From positions 1,426,001 through 1,490,000 of the forward strand of contig JASTWF010000036.1 of the NCBI GenBank assembly GCA_030390025.1: a stretch of DNA of 64,000 nt, in the 5' to 3' direction. The position numbers were made by a program, and so were the translations under genes. This DNA comes from Squalus acanthias. Taxonomy: Eukaryota. Of the stretch, positions 41,543-52,323 are shown piece by piece. How positions within the stretch are numbered: position 1 is the first letter of the stretch; each line of letters starts with the position of its first letter. Under the pieces are notes generated by a model that saw only the letters and a list, made by a program, of their open reading frames with translations, had not been told where the DNA came from and ran no database searches.

Positions 41543-41941
41543 ATCCTTGTTTTCAAAGCCCTCCACGGCCTCGCCCCCTCCCTATCTCTGTAACTTCCTC
41601 CAGCCCCGTACAACCCCTCCGAGATCTCTGCACTCCTCCAATTCTGGCCTCTTGAGCATCCCCGATTTCCATCGCTCCACCATTGGCGGCCGTGCCTTCA
41701 GCCGCCTGGGCCCTAAGCTCTGAAATTCCCTCCCTAAACCTCTCCGCCTCTCTCTCTCACTCTCCTCCTTTAAGACGCTCCTTAAAACCTCCCTCTTTGA
41801 CCAAGCTTTTGGTCACCTGCCCTAACATCTCCTTACGTGACTCGGTGTCAAATTTTGTCTGATAATCGCTCCTGTGAAGCGCCTCGGGACCTTTTTACTA
41901 CATTAAAGGCGCTGTATTAATACAAGTTGTTGTTGTTGTTT
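41543..41941 (+). mobile_element. L2-clade LINE 3' end with (TTG)n tail
   Basis: Degenerate L2 C-terminus (LVFKALHGLAP.YL, GGRAFS..GPKLxNSLP, FKTLLKT.LF); 3' UTR GTGAAGCGCC..AAAGGCGCT; GTT repeats. Confidence 0.85.
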
Positions 41942-42110
41942 TGATCAACAAAAAAATGAAAGCAGGAAAAAAATCATAATTAACTTTTTTTTTGCCCCTT
42001 TCTGTCCAATTCAATGGATGGTTTGTATAAGCGTTAAGACCTCAGAACATCATCGTAAACCTAGCTGCTTGGGGAGATCTACTGAGTTCGATAATTCTGC
42101 TCACCCGCAC

Positions 42111-42413
42111 TACAACAACATTGCATTTATATAGCGCCTTTAATGTAGTAAAATGTCCCAGGGCGCTTCACAGGAGCGATTATCAGACAAAATTTGACCC
42201 CGAGCCACATAAGGAGATATTAGGACAGGTGACCAAAAGCTTGGTCAGAGAGGTAGGTTTTAAGGAGCGTCTTAAAGGAAGAAAGGGAGGTAGAGGGGTT
42301 TAGGGAGGGAATTCCAGAGCTTAGGGCCTCGGCAGCTGAAGGCACGATCGCCAATGTTTGAGCGATTAAAATAGGGGATGTACAAGAGGCCAGAACTGGA
42401 GGAGCGGAGAGAT
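42111..42413 (-). mobile_element. L2-clade LINE 3' end, same family, opposite orientation
   Basis: ORF 42272..42505(-) contains LRSSSSGLL..IGDRAFSCRGPKLWNSLPKPL; reverse complement of 41620-41935. Confidence 0.85.
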
Positions 42414-43476
42414 AGCCCAGGGCATTCTCTCATCTTGACCGCAGACGTTAGGTCAGGGGCCTGGTACTGTTGGACTCGGTAACTCTGTCTTATGTTCTCA
42501 TGCACGGTCTTAGACTTAGTCAGAATGCCTGGAGAAAAGAACCGGGGGGAGAAAAGATCAATTCTTTCTCACAATCTGACTTTAAAAGAAGCCAGTGGGG
42601 AGTGCGTCGTTTAAAGGAGCAGGGTCTGTATATTGGGAATTGTCAGAGCAGTTTCTTCCTAGTGAACAAACTCTCCTCCCAAGTGTACTGCCACGCCCCA
42701 GATCCTTCCCTTTGTAAGAACGTGGCACACTTTCTTACAAGATGGGTTACCATGGGGAAAAGCCCCGTCAGATGCAATCATGCCGATTCTTCTCCGCCTT
42801 TACCTCCTGCAAAGGAAGACCGATCTCAGGCACTGCAAACTGGCAGGGAAGTTCCCTTTAAGAGCAAGACGAAGGAACTTCAGTTTTTCCGTAATTAATC
42901 ATCCTGAAAAACACTGTGAATTTAAAGCAACGATTCTGCAGAAGTTGTAACTTCTAGATCAATAAGCACTTTCCCTCGTATTTTCGAGCTGAATCAAGGT
43001 GACCCAGTATTATCACCAGAAATGATGCGTAGCCAGTGCTGAAATTACTGTCCGCTCTCTGAGTTGGAAAGAAGTCACTCTGCACGATCGTTGACACGGT
43101 GAGCAGGGGTTTAGCTTGCAATTTGAAGTTTGTATATGCACCAGTCCCCCTTCTCTTCCCCCCCGGCCTACCGTCCCTGGGATTCGAGTGCCGACACCGA
43201 CCTTCTGAATATTGCTGTCTGTGTTGTTTCCTACCCTCTGGAACAATGGGAAGTGACAAATGCTGTTAAACCAGAATGAGAACGGGCAACTCTCCAAATC
43301 CTTCTGATTGACTGCCCAGCCTCTGAAGCATAAATTTGCATGCGATTGCCATCTTACACTCATGAACTAACACCGACCCAATCTTTGGGTCTGCTTTAAA
43401 TAATGGGAATAGTAAATTCGAAGAGACCATTGCAGTCTTATCTCACGGGTCCCACAATTTGACAAATCCCATACAC

Positions 43477-43570
43477 CTCTCTCTCTCTCTCTCTTCTCTT
43501 TCTTTTTTCTCTCTTTCTCTTTTTCTCTCTCTCTCTCTGTTTCCCTCTCTTTTTCCCTTTTTCTCTCCCA
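43477..43570. repeat. CT-rich polypyrimidine low-complexity tract
   Basis: (CT)n and T-rich runs read directly. Confidence 0.85.
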
Positions 43571-43579
43571 CCCCCACCT

Positions 43580-43775
43580 TTATCCCTCAACCTGCATCAC
43601 TTATACAGATTATCTGGTCATTTATCACGTCTGTGGGACCTTGCTGTGCGCAAATTGGATGCCGCGTTGCCTATATTACAACGGTGACTGCGCTGCAAAA
43701 GTACGTCATTGGCTGTAAAGCGCTTTAGGACCTCCTGAGGTCGTGAAAGGGGCTATATAAATGCAAGTTCTTTTG
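43580..43775 (+). mobile_element. Deu-domain SINE 3' half
   Basis: TTATCCCTCAAC..CAGATTATCTGGTCATT..GCAAATTGG..GGCTGTAAAGCGCTTT..AATGCAAGTTC. Confidence 0.78.
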
Positions 43776-44167
43776 AATTTACCAACGGTTCAACAGGTTT
43801 ATTTCCAGTCCAAAATGTGCACCTGGAAGCTGAGGATGTTTCAAAATTAGTTCATATTGGGGTCCCTGAAGCTGTCACCATGGTGATGGGGCCTGGTTTT
43901 GACGGTGATGCCCTTGTAGTCGAATAGCCTACTCGGTGTCCAAGCTCACACATATAAAAAAATGGCCACTTAGGGCGAGACAGCAGCAGGCCACCAGTGG
44001 AATAGTTCGGGCCGATGGACAGGTCACATCGTCCGCATGCCCGATACGAGACTCCCAAAACAAGCGCTCTACTCGGAGCTCCGATACGGCAAGAGAGCCC
44101 CAGGTTGGCAGAGGAAACACTTCAAGGACACCCTCAAAGCCTCCTTGAAAAAGTGCAACATCCCCAC

Positions 44168-46751
44168 TAGGGTTGCAAAATTCCGGGAATTTTTAAAAGA
44201 GGAAACTTTCCATGGGAATTTTCGGGAATTTTGAGTTTTTTGGCACACTGATGGTTTTTGTCTCTGACCCTTATATTATCTTTGTCATCAAAATAGACAT
44301 ACTGTTCCATACAAATAAAAACAGGCTTTCAAAACTTTATTTAGGTTATAATTTTGAACTTTATTGAACCCCCACAAAAAAGACCCATCTAAAATAAAAT
44401 AAAAAGAGCGTCAGCTTATTTAGCCTGTAATTTGTTCTTATTTTGTCCCTTTGAGTCTTCTACTCATGAGTCTTCTACTCATCATTGCTCCTCCTGATTC
44501 TCTGACTCTGGCTCTGACGTGTCCATTTCCTCCTCTGTGTCACTGTCTAGCTGTGTGGTGGACACTTCTGTATCTGGCTCAATAAGTTGTAGGTTCGCCC
44601 TGGATAGCCACCAGTTTCTCCACTCTCTTGTTAGTCAGCCTGTTGCGCACCTTTGTATGCGTATTCCCAAAAAGTGACCAGTTTCGTTCAGAGGCCGCTG
44701 ATGAAGGTGGGATTTGGAGTATCACCGATGCAATGGGTGACAGGGCCTCAGATGCACAAAGTCCCTTCCACCAGGTATGTGCACTGATATGCTTGCATGA
44801 TTCCCATATCCCGTCCCCATTCCAAAGACCTTGCTTGGTAGAGAACTTTGCCCGACTTCCCAGAACTTTGCCCACGTCCAGATTGAGGTGGCGTGAGAGG
44901 GTAGAAATCACACTGTAAGCGCTGTTGATCTGTTCTCCAGAAAGTATTGGTCTCCCAACATGCTTTGGGTCCAGCATGTATGCTGCAGCATGAATCGGCT
45001 TGACACAAAATTCTTGACGCGTCTGTATGAATTGAACAATTGCCTTCTCCGCTGCTTTGAGCAGTAGGGATGTGGGTAGGGCAATGCTGATTTGTTCTTT
45101 TAAATCAGCAAAATGCCTGAGAACATCTAACAAATCAGCGTCATCTCCTTCAATCTGAGCAATTGTAGATGCTACTGGTGAGAGTAGTTTAAGGCTGCTA
45201 ACCACTCTCTCCCAAAACACATCATCCAGCAGTATTTTCTTGATGGTGGTTTCCATATCCCCAGACTGGGATATTGCCATTTCTTGCAGCGACTCCTTAC
45301 CCTCCAGAAGGCTGTTGTACATTATGACAACGCCACCCCATCTAGTGTTGCTGGGCAGCTTCAGTGTGGTGTTCTTGTTCTTTGTTGTTTGCTTGGAGTT
45401 GTAGGTTGCTGCAACTACCTGTTTTCCCCTGACATACTTAACAACTTGCTTGGCTCTCTTGTACAGTGTTTCCATGGTTCTCAAACCCATGATGTCCTTG
45501 AGGAGCAGGTTGAGCCCATGAGCTGCGCACCCAATAGATGTAATATGAGGGTAGGCCTCCTCCACTTGAGCCCAAGCAGCCTTCATATTCGCAGCATTGT
45601 CAGTAACTACTGCAAAGACCTTTTGTGATCCAAGATCGTTGATGACCGCTTTCAGCTCATCAGCAATGTATGTGCCTGTTGTCCTTCGTGTCTGTGCTCT
45701 TGAAGAACACTGGGGAGAGGAGTGGAGACGATGTAATTTATGATGCCCTCCCCTCGTACATTTGACCACCCATCTGAGATAACTGCAACACAGTCTGCCA
45801 TCTCTATTGTTTCTCTGAGCTTTCCTTGGACTCTGTTATACTCAGCCTCCAGCAAATAAGTAGACAAAGCATGTCTGGTGGGAGGACAGTATGCAGGGCG
45901 AATAACATTGAAAAATCTCTTCCAGTACACATTGGCTGTGAGCATGAGGGGTGAACCTGTCGCATATACAGCTTGAGCAAGGCACTCATCTGCATTCTTC
46001 TGGCTATGGTTATCCATTGTATCAAAGAACCTTCCAAGTGGGCCAGGAGTTGCTGATAAGGAGCCTGATGCTGAATGTGAACCATCATCTTCTTGAATGG
46101 AAGCAGAGGAACTCTGGGCTGACTGCGGTGAGCTTTGCGTGAAGTTGTTGCATTTGGATAAATGCTGCTGCATCTTTGTGGCATTCTTTACATATGGCTT
46201 TGTACAGTGTTTGCACATGTACACAGTCTTTCCATCTTTAATGCCTGGGGTAAAATGCTTCCACACATCCGACGGTAAACGTGGCATTGTTCTATGCAGA
46301 GAAATAAAGGGCATTCGTCTCTGTGTCAAACTGCGGTCGATCAGCACGATTGCAACAGGCCAGGGTGAGTAAATTTTTCCTGATGCTCCATGTGATGGAA
46401 GCATGACCTGTGCACGCACGATAAGCATCACCAATAGAGGGAGCTAATCGCTCATCCACTCATCCAACCAATCAGGACACATTTGTTCACAGTCACACAC
46501 AAAACTTGTAATTATTAAAACAAGCCAAGTAAGAAGATAAACATATATTGATTAAGAAATTCCTTAATAATTAAGATTCCATCTGTTAGTAATTTTAAGA
46601 GAGGACCTGTGAAAAAAAAAGAAAGACAAAAAAAAACAATATTATGCTAGCATGTGCTTTTTTGGGCAAAATACCCAAAATTCCCAAGCTAAACTTCCTG
46701 TGGAAAATTTCCGGAAATTTACCGGAAACTTTCCACCCCTTTGCAACCCTA
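44168..46751 (-). mobile_element. Full-length hAT DNA transposon, 2584 bp
   Basis: 12-bp TIRs TAGGGTTGCAAA (44168-44179) and TTTGCAACCCTA (46740-46751); perfect 8-bp TSD ATCCCCAC (44160-44167, 46752-46759); GGAAA/TTTCC subterminal repeats at both ends. Confidence 0.96.
44482..46287 (-). pseudogene. hAT transposase (BED zinc finger, DUF659-like core, C-terminal dimerisation domain) with about three frameshifts
   Basis: ATG at 46287 (MPRLPSDVWKHF..CKHC..HLSKC); DGWSN, TDNAANM, CAAH, TRW, SSAASERNWS; frameshifts near 45713, 45671 and 44600; acidic tail ending TGA at 44482. Confidence 0.9.
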
Positions 46752-47787
46752 ATCCCCACTGACACCTGGGAATCCCTGGCCCAAGACCGCACAAAGTGGA
46801 GGAGAAGCATCCGGGAAGGCGCCGAACACCTCGCGTCTCTTCGCCAGGGAGCAAGCGGAAGCCAAGCGCAAACAGCGGAAGGAGCGCACGTCAACCCAAG
46901 CACCCCACCCACCCACCCCTTCAACCACCGTCTGCCCCACCTGTGACAGAGACTGTAGGTCCCGCATTGGACTCATCAGTCACCCGAGAACTCATTTTTA
47001 ATGTGGAAGCAAGTCATCCTCGGTTCCGAGGGACTGCCTAAGAAGAAGAAGAGTTCGGGTGAGCAGGTGGGAGCCACGGAGCGATGTACCACAGACTTTT
47101 GTCAAACCGCCTGTATGATAGGGGAATGAGCTTTGGTAATGACGCCAGTATTCAGGGACAAGATAATAAAACCTCAATGGCATTTCTCCATTTAACCATC
47201 AATTAGGCAAATAAATCATACAATCTTGCGTTTGACAGCACACAGCGATCCATACAAATATTAAATACACTATAATGGATACTCAGGAGTGATTGCAAAG
47301 GCTGTAATGTAATTGGAAAGGTCCAGATTGCACCATAAACCATTAGAAATCCCGAGTGGATTCTAATGGCCATCGGAACCCTCAAGATTAGATTAGAGCT
47401 ACTTAATGAGGCCCTGGTATTTTCTGTAATATGCATTGCTTTTGTTTTATGTGGGCAGTGTCATTGAGATTTGAGCCCTGCTTTTTTTGTGCTGGCAGCA
47501 TTAGAAGTTAGTGTCTGAGTGGGCCACAGTCTTGATGCACAACCACTGTTCTTACTCCGCCCCCTTCCCCAATTTTACTCCCCCTCCTCTTAAGTTGCTA
47601 ACACTTGCTGGGCTGCGGTTGCTCAGGTGCCATACCTCAATACCTCACAATTCTTCACGTGCGAACCCACGTAGGGGCTATTCAGCAATACAGGGCATCA
47701 CAACCAAGCCTGATCCTATTCTCATCCAGTGTACACACCTACCTGCTTTCTCATAGGGATCTTCCCATCGTACCCCTCCCTACCCTG

Positions 47788-47897
47788 AAAGAAAGAAAGA
47801 AAGACTTGCATTTCGATGGCACCTTTCACAACCTCAGGACGTCCCAAAGCGCTTCACAGCCAATGAAGTACTTTTTGAAATGGAATCACTGTTGTAA
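47788..47897 (-). mobile_element. Deu-domain SINE 3' tail fragment
   Basis: (GAAA)n-GACTTGCATTT..CCTCAGGACGTCCCAAAGCGCTTCACAGCCAATGAAGTAC. Confidence 0.8.
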
Positions 47898-48084
47898 TAA
47901 AGTCACTAGACCCTGATTGCACTGAGGCTATTTGTAGTACCCTTACATGCTGAGATTAGCTAGCTCAGCACAGAAAGATCAAACCTTAAGTCAAGTGGGT
48001 GGAGGAGAGTCCACGATAAAGCAGATTGTACATGATGTATGGAAGGAATGAGGTTGATGGGGCAAATGGCCTCTATGCGTTCTC

Positions 48085-48230
48085 CCACCTCTCACTCTTC
48101 CTTTAAAACCCACCTCTATGACCAAGCACCTTCCTAAGTTACGAAAGTCTTTGACTTTGCGTTCTTTTTCCTCACACCTCTGTGAAGTGCCATTTCCGAC
48201 GTTAACGGCACGATATAAATGCAAGTTGTC
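48085..48230 (+). mobile_element. Degraded L2 3' end
   Basis: CCTTTAAAACCCACCTCTATGACCAAGC..TGTGAAGTGCC..ATATAAATGCAAGTTG resembles 41760-41930. Confidence 0.55.
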
Positions 48231-49184
48231 GCGCTCTCACCCGGTGAGACTATCGAGCATTCTTGACTCAGGTATCGCACGTTGCGAAAATGCAGAGTGC
48301 AGCTCCCCCTACTGTGCCTCAGCAATGTACTTCAACCCCAACTTCAAAAGAACATCTCTGCTGTGCTCGTATGAATGCCACATTTCCTGCTCCCTTTCTT
48401 TCAAAGCTAACTGATGCCTGAAGTAAAAATGGAAGCAGCTAGCAGAGATCTCAGGCACCATTATTAGCTTGACAACATCGCCACAATTATAAAATAAGGC
48501 TCAGCCATGGCCCCAGGATGTATTTCCGTTCCCTGCACAATTAAATCCTGAATTCAGAACTTGAGCTGCAGAATTATGGCCACTTCACTGCCAATGAGCC
48601 AGGTCTACTGGGAAATAAATGGCAACTATTAGAATTCATCTCTTCTCGCCACTAACTGTTCCTGGTCACTGCCCAGACTATTTATTAACAACCTGCCTCC
48701 TAGCAAAACACGCTGCATTGTAATAATGTTGCACTTACGAATGGTGTTAGATTTTAGCCTTGCATCAGTGGGTTTTTGAGAACGCGACTAATTTTCCATG
48801 TAACGTGACAGAAGTAATTCCTAACGCACTTTGCATGATGTGGGTGCAGGTCGGGAATTCTGGGCCCAGAGTTCCGCGTGCTGTTGCAATTTGCCCCCCG
48901 CCCCTGCTTAACTTTCAATTTTAATAGGTGGGAAACTGTGCCGGAGAAGCTGACCTCCGTACCCGACTTCTGGATATGTGCCCCTGTCATGTGAAGCTTT
49001 GTGCCAGGCGCGCTAATTCGTAATGCCGATCCCATAGTGACTGTGCCTCTGTAATCTCCATATACAGGGTCTGTGACAAATCTCTCCCTACATATACCAC
49101 AGAGTGGCTGTATAGTGTCTAATATATAAGGACTGTAATCTCTATATAATATATTGTTGCTGTGTAATCTGTATTACATCGAAT

Positions 49185-49620
49185 TTACAACACAGAAACA
49201 GACCATTCGGCCCAACTGCCAGTGTTTATGTTCCACACGAGCCTCCTCCCACTCTGCTACATCTCACCCTATCAGCATATCCTTCTATTCCTTTCTCCCT
49301 CATGTACTTATCTACATTTCCCTTAAATATATCTATGCTATTCGCCTCAGCCACTCCCTGTGGTTCCACATTCTCACCACTCTCTGGGTAAAGAAGTTTC
49401 TCCTGAATTCCCTATTGGATTTATTAGTGACTATCTTATATTTATGACCCCTAGTTTTGGACTCCCCCCACAAGTGGAAACATCTTCTCTACGTCTACCC
49501 TATCGAACCCTTTCATAATCTTAAAGACCTCTATCAGGTCACCCCTCAGCCTTCTCTTTTCTATAGAAAAGAGCCCCAGCCTGTTCAATCTTTCCTGATA
49601 GTTATAACCTCTCAGTTCTA
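49185..49620 (-). mobile_element. Old CR1 3' fragment
   Basis: CCACATTCTCACCACTCTCTGGGTAAAGAAG..TGACCCCTAGTT..CTTAAAGACCTCTATCAGGTCACCCCTCAGCC is the reverse of [22 protein letters not shown]. Confidence 0.85.
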
Positions 49621-49879
49621 GTAATCATTCTTGCAAAGGTGCTGAAATGCCACAGTGAATATTAGCAAATGAGTGGGAACTTTTTTTTAAATCACAAGCA
49701 CAGCTTTAAGGGTAGCAGCAGCCCTTTAAGAGCTGCTGACTCTGGACAACGAACTTGCTGGCCTGGCCACACTCCCAGCCACTGCTCCAGGGACCACGTT
49801 ATCCATAGTGTCTGGGACATGTTCTAACATCACAGTAAACAAATGCGTCTATCACTGGCCCTTGCTGCCACATGGCATA

Positions 49880-50375
49880 CAAACATGTGAAACTGATGGA
49901 CAGGGAAAGACCAGATGGTCATTCGCCTGTCCCAAACGGTCATGTTGCAACTGAGCATCATGACCCCGCCCCCGCACCACCCATGCGTCCCACCCACCAG
50001 CAGCCGTGTAATCTCCTGGGAGAGGCAAAGAAACAGATTTAGGAAAAAAAACCCTAGGCCAATTCAGGGAAAGAAGAATTCTTGGAAATTACTCTATGAT
50101 CCCCAGAGCTGATCAGAATGAGTTCCAGGAGACCACCGTGATCGTGAGGACATCGTCCAAGTGCTCACCTACCTTTTGGACGCAAGTGATATCAGCCTCA
50201 GCCAGGAAATGGTCCAGCTCCCCTTTGAACGCTTGCAGTGAATCCACACTCACTGCACGAGCCAGCAAAATATTCCAGAGGTTGATGACGCTCTGAGAAA
50301 AGAACTACCCCCGACATCTAACCTAGTTCTATGCTTACACAACTTACATGCATGTCCCTTGGTTCTAGCTAACCT
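49880..50375 (-). mobile_element. Old CR1 3' fragment with a long 3' UTR (distinct subfamily)
   Basis: Minus strand reads RTKGHACKL..FFSQSVINLWN..VDSLQAFKGELDHFL, then about 300 bp of presumed UTR. Confidence 0.65.
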
Positions 50376-50391
50376 AGCTAATTCAAATTGT

Positions 50392-50815
50392 CCAGGGATG
50401 AGGGACTTCAGTTATGAGGAGGTTGGAAAAATTAGGAACAGAGAAGGTTAAGAGGTGACCTTATAGAGGTTTTCAAGATGATGAGAGGTTTTGATAGAGT
50501 AGATAAAGGCTGTTCCCTCAGGCGAGTGAGTCAATAACCAGAGGTCATAGATTTAAAATCATTAGCAAAAGATATAGAGGGAAGATGAGGAGAATTTTGT
50601 TTCACTCAGAGAGTTGACGGGATCTGCAAAGGTGGTGGAAGCTGGTTTCATCAATAATTTTAAAAGGGAGTTGGGCAGGTACTTGAGGATGAGGAACTCA
50701 CAGGACACGGAACAAAAGCGGAGGGTGCGGGGGCTAAATACAACTGCTCTTTCAAAGAGCCAGCACGGGCACGACAGGCCGAATGGCCTCCTTCTGTGCC
50801 CTAAGTTTCGCTGAT
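50392..50815 (+). mobile_element. Degraded CR1 3' fragment
   Basis: CCAGGGATGAGGGACTTCAGTTATGAGG..AGAGGTGACCTTATAGAGG..GGCCGAATGGCCTCCTTCTGTGC; similar to 60129-60589. Confidence 0.8.
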
Positions 50816-50819
50816 TCTA

Positions 50820-51060
50820 AAAAGGCCCAGCTCCCTAAGCCTATTGTGGTAACTAAGGCCTTCACATTATGTATCAATCTAGTGGCCTTCCTCTTTTCCA
50901 GGGTCTCTGTATCACCCACCATGTGAAGGGAACAAATTTGGACACAGTATTCCAGGTGAGGCCTAACCAAGGTCTTATACAAGGACACTATAGTGCTTTT
51001 TGTTTCATAATGGACCGTCCTAGCAATACATCCCAATACTATATTTGCTTTTGCAGTAGC
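50820..51060 (-). mobile_element. Degraded CR1 RT fragment
   Basis: ORF 50752..51036(-) contains LYKTLVRPHLEYCVQ. Confidence 0.75.
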
Positions 51061-51327
51061 CTCACTGCCATCAGGACCGACAGCTCGATCTGTTTTGAGA
51101 CCCCCATAATCTTTCCAAGATTACATCTGCGTCCACTTTGACTTTTACAACGTTATTGTCAACTGTATATTACATTACTGGTAACTGCATATACAGTTAT
51201 ACCTGAGGAGTTTAGTCATAACTAGAGCAAGTGATTTGTGGCAAGTGACAAGTCACACAGCTGAGGGCCAAATCATACGTTACATGCCACAGCAGATCAA
51301 CACACAAGGTCCATGTGAGTGCATAGT

Positions 51328-52323
51328 GAGGGAGAAATCCCCCTGCTTAGCGTCAGCAGTTAAGGCCGGTTTCGGCAAAAAAAAGTGGCGGCCGCCTCGC
51401 TTCCGCCCACTTCCAGCGCCTGACGCCATCCTGGTAAGGGCCAAACAAGAGGCGTCTGAAGCCGGCCTTAGGCCTTTGACATATTCAAATAAGGGGCCGA
51501 ACACCTGCATCTGCTCCCTCTTGCAAATTTGGGTTGCGTCTGAAGCAGCCAACGCCAGCGATGTTCCGGGAAAACCAACGCTAAACAGCGCTGAATTTAA
51601 AAAGGGTCTCTACTTACCATTATCACCGCCGCACCCGGTTCGGAGATCTCCGACCTCACTCCCGACTCTGACCTCCAGCATCCCACCCCGATCTACCTCC
51701 GACCCCTCCCCGACATCACTACCGACCCCCCGATCTTCTTACCCGACCCCCGACAGCCCTCCGATCACAGGCCCACACTGTGCAACCCAATCACTTAGCA
51801 GCTTCTACCTGCGCGGGCTCTTGCATGGTGTATAAAATTCTGACAGGTCTAGACAGATTAGATGCAGAAGGAATGTTTCCCTTGGCGGGTGAGAACAGAA
51901 CTAGAGGACATAATTTAAGGATAAGGGCTAAACCATTTAGGACAGAAATGAGGGGGAATTTCTTCACTCAGAGAGTGGTGAACCTGTGGAACTCATTGCC
52001 ACAGAGGGCAGTGTACGCCAGCTCATTAAATATATTTAAGAGGGAATTAGATATATTTCTACAGGCAAAAGGGGTTAAGGGTTACGGAGAGAAGGCGGGG
52101 ACGGGATACTGAATTGAAGGATCAGCCATGATCTCATTAAATGGCGGAGCAGGCTCGAAGGGCCGGATGGCCTACTCCTGCTCCTATCTTCTATCTATGT
52201 ATCTATCTATGTATGATAATGAGGTCCGAGGCCCACAATCCCGGACCTTCCCATTTGAGTGCAGGCTGTTCGGACTCTGCGCGTCAGGCGCCCAAAAAAT
52301 GGGCGCTGCTGAATTTCTTGGCC
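51328..52323. mobile_element. GC-rich putative non-autonomous DNA element interrupted by a CR1 3' fragment; boundaries approximate
   Basis: Abrupt CpG-rich segments at 51330-51830 and 52215-52323 with CCGA(C/T)C micro-repeats; ends GGGAGAAATC and GAATTTCTTGGCC are only weakly inverted. Confidence 0.4.
51831..52214 (+). mobile_element. CR1 3' fragment with (TCTATGTA)n-like tail
   Basis: YKILTGLDRLDA..TRGHNLRIR..KGYGEKAGTGY-stop and standard 3' UTR. Confidence 0.92.

Larger units (their letters stand above)
44012..47051 (+). mobile_element. RTE-clade LINE 3' fragment (44012-44167 and 46760-47051), split by a hAT; 8-bp TSD AGTTCGGG
   Basis: RWTGHIVRMPDTRLPKQALYSEL..FKDTLKASLKKCNIP rejoins TDTWESLAQDRTKWR..; C-terminal CPTCDRDCRSRIGLISHPRTH; (AAG)n tail; AGTTCGGG at 44004-44011 and 47052-47059. 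Confidence 0.9.

Noticed and set aside
44452..44481. 15-bp tandem duplication TGAGTCTTCTACTCA x2 next to the transposase stop
   Set aside because: Likely a simple slippage duplication; no evidence of function.
44579..46434. Domesticated ZBED-type host gene
   Set aside because: Frameshifted, and bounded by TIRs and a TSD inside an RTE fragment.
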